Source: Acidimicrobiia bacterium (GTDB lineage Bacteria; Actinomycetota; Acidimicrobiia; Spongiisociales; JAENVV01). From it: 50,577 nucleotides of DNA. A program made the position numbers and the translations under genes. Within the stretch, counting starts at the first letter, position 1. Each line of letters opens with the position of its first letter. The stretch covers positions 62,001 to 112,577 of the forward strand of contig JBFGJH010000003.1 of the NCBI GenBank assembly GCA_041577335.1, in the 5' to 3' direction. Positions 49,061 to 50,577 of the stretch are shown here, in pieces. Below the pieces are notes generated by a model that saw only the letters and a list, made by a program, of their open reading frames with translations, was not told the origin of the DNA and did not search any database.

Positions 49061-49825
49061 ATGATTGCCATTGGGTCTTTGTTCATCGTCATCCTGACGA
49101 TTCTTCTGGCTGCTCGCGTCGCCACCGTCGCCCTCACCGCCACCGGTCTTCCGTTCGAGGTCGCCCGATTTCAAGCTCGTTCGGTGCTCACCGGTGTCGG
49201 ATTCACCACCACGGAGTCCGAGTCGATCACCAACCACCCCTTGCGCCGTCGCATTCTTCTATCGCTGATGTTGGTGGGGAATGCCGGTCTCATCGGCATC
49301 ATCGCCTCAATCATGCTGTCGTTTGTGACGTCCGGGGGTACGCCAGAGACCCTCGAGCGTCTCGCCATCATTCTGGTTGGGCTTGCCATTTTCGGCTTGA
49401 TCGTCCGCAGCCAGGCGTTCGAGCGTCGCCTCACCTCGGTCGTAGCCAGTCTTGTGGACCGATTCTCGGATCTCGACCTGCGGGACTTCCATCACCTGCT
49501 CCAATTGAGCACCGACTATGCCGTCACCGAAATGCAGGTCCGGCCGGGCGATTGGCTGGCCGGTCGGTCACTTCGTGACCTCGAGCTTCCTGACGAGGGA
49601 GTTCTGGTGCTGGCCGTGCAGGGAGCTCGCGGTGATTTCGTGGGTGCTCCTCGGGGCGAGACGGTGATCAGTCCATACGATACGGTCATCTTGTACGGGC
49701 GAGCAAGCGTGCTCACCGATCTCGACGAACGCCCTGGAGACGAGCGTGGCGACATGGCTCACCTCGAGGCAATCGCTCAGCAAGAGGAGATCATGTCGGA
49801 GCACGACGAAACACCTGATGCATGA
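49061..49825 (+). CDS. Membrane protein with K+-channel-like pore segment and C-terminal TrkA_C (RCK_C) domain
   Basis: TM, ARFQARSVLTGVGFTTTESE, TM, then WLAGRSLRDLEL..EGVLVLAV...P.GET.I...D.V..YG. Confidence 0.88.
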   Translation: MIAIGSLFIVILTILLAARVATVALTATGLPFEVARFQARSVLTGVGFTTTESESITNHPLRRRILLSLMLVGNAGLIGIIASIMLSFVTSGGTPETLERLAIILVGLAIFGLIVRSQAFERRLTSVVASLVDRFSDLDLRDFHHLLQLSTDYAVTEMQVRPGDWLAGRSLRDLELPDEGVLVLAVQGARGDFVGAPRGETVISPYDTVILYGRASVLTDLDERPGDERGDMAHLEAIAQQEEIMSEHDETPDA

Positions 49826-49953
49826 TCGGTGGGTTGCCGCTTGGCGCCTATTCTCCATTTGCGACGTCCAAGGCTCGCGCCGGCACCGTAGTTATGATGA
49901 CCGGCGAGTCGGCCCCTCGGCTACGCCCTTTCGTTCGATAACCGGAGGATCAA

Positions 49954-50577
49954 TTGCGCCGTTTCAACTTTCTCATGGGTGCCTTCCACGCAGTGCAAGG
50001 CGTCATCGTTCTCATCCTGGCTACCGATTTCACACTGCCGGTGACTGCGACCTTTCTCCAAGGTCCGCCGGGGTCGGGCCTAGGCGAGCCCGAGGTGCTC
50101 TTCGATGTCTCGGTTGCCTGGGGCGTGGCGGTCTTCTTGTTCTTGTCGGCGCTCTTCCACTGGCTGATAATCAGCCCGCCGTTCTACGACCGGTATACCC
50201 GTGGACTCGCCGAAGGCCGCAACAACTTCAGATGGGTCGAGTATTCGTTGTCGTCATCGGTGATGATCGTCCTCATTGCGCTTTTGCCGGGTATCAATGA
50301 CATCGCCGCTCTGATCGCACTCTTTGGTGTCACCGCCGCCATGATCTTTTTTGGAGCGGTGCAGGAGAAATACGAAGCGCCCGGAGGATCGTTGGTTCCC
50401 TTCTGGCTGGGATCACTTGCGGGCATCGTCCCCTGGCTTGCGATCAGCGTGTACTTGATCTCGCCGGGAAGCGATGCCCAACCCCCCGGATTCGTCTATG
50501 GGATCTTCTTCTCACTGTTCGTGTTCTTCAACACGTTCGCGATCAATCAGTGGCTCCAGTACAAACAGATCGGAAAA
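49954..50577 (+). CDS. heR: Heliorhodopsin (3'-truncated by window edge; absent from the ORF track)
   Basis: TTG 49954, 5 nt after GGAGG; open for 208 codons: MRRFNFLMGAFHAVQG...FLQGPPG...LSALFH...RNNFRWVEYSLSSSVM...MIFFG.VQE...PPGFVYGIF..LF.FFNTFAINQWLQYKQIGK. TM7 with the retinal Lys is outside the window. Confidence 0.95.
   Translation, partial: MRRFNFLMGAFHAVQGVIVLILATDFTLPVTATFLQGPPGSGLGEPEVLFDVSVAWGVAVFLFLSALFHWLIISPPFYDRYTRGLAEGRNNFRWVEYSLSSSVMIVLIALLPGINDIAALIALFGVTAAMIFFGAVQEKYEAPGGSLVPFWLGSLAGIVPWLAISVYLISPGSDAQPPGFVYGIFFSLFVFFNTFAINQWLQYKQIGK

Noticed and set aside
49894..49941. 15-codon uORF in frame with heliorhodopsin (possible readthrough or premature stop)
   Set aside because: HeR has its own GGAGG-TTG start and an intact TM1; the uORF lacks an RBS and is probably chance.

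Overview
High-GC chromosomal window from an actinobacterium (HspR/HAIR heat-shock system, DUF3151, DUF3159, many probable leaderless genes; Acidimicrobiia-like by inference). It is densely coding with about 51 CDS. These include a hydantoinase/oxoprolinase A+B pair, purine genes (purB; purA-purD-purE), mak, an LCP protein, a ybjQ-ybjQ-membrane protein-ycaQ cluster, a TetA(P)-like MFS pump, an Aap-type amino-acid ABC transporter, a split aconitase X, a heat-shock locus (clpB ... hspR-dnaJ-grpE-dnaK divergent from lon, with HAIR operators) and an amino-sugar/glycosyltransferase trio. No tRNA, rRNA, CRISPR array, integrase or transposase was seen. The most notable signals are absent from the ORF track: (1) a ~270-300 nt end-paired, structured intergenic element at ~4231-4533 resembling Ms1-type RNA; (2) a 92-bp tandem array re-using the last 13 codons of aapP with almost only synonymous differences; (3) a heliorhodopsin gene running off the right edge, downstream of a K+-channel-like RCK_C protein; (4) a probable CTG start codon for the MFS pump. 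All calls are by eye from motifs; no database searches were run.
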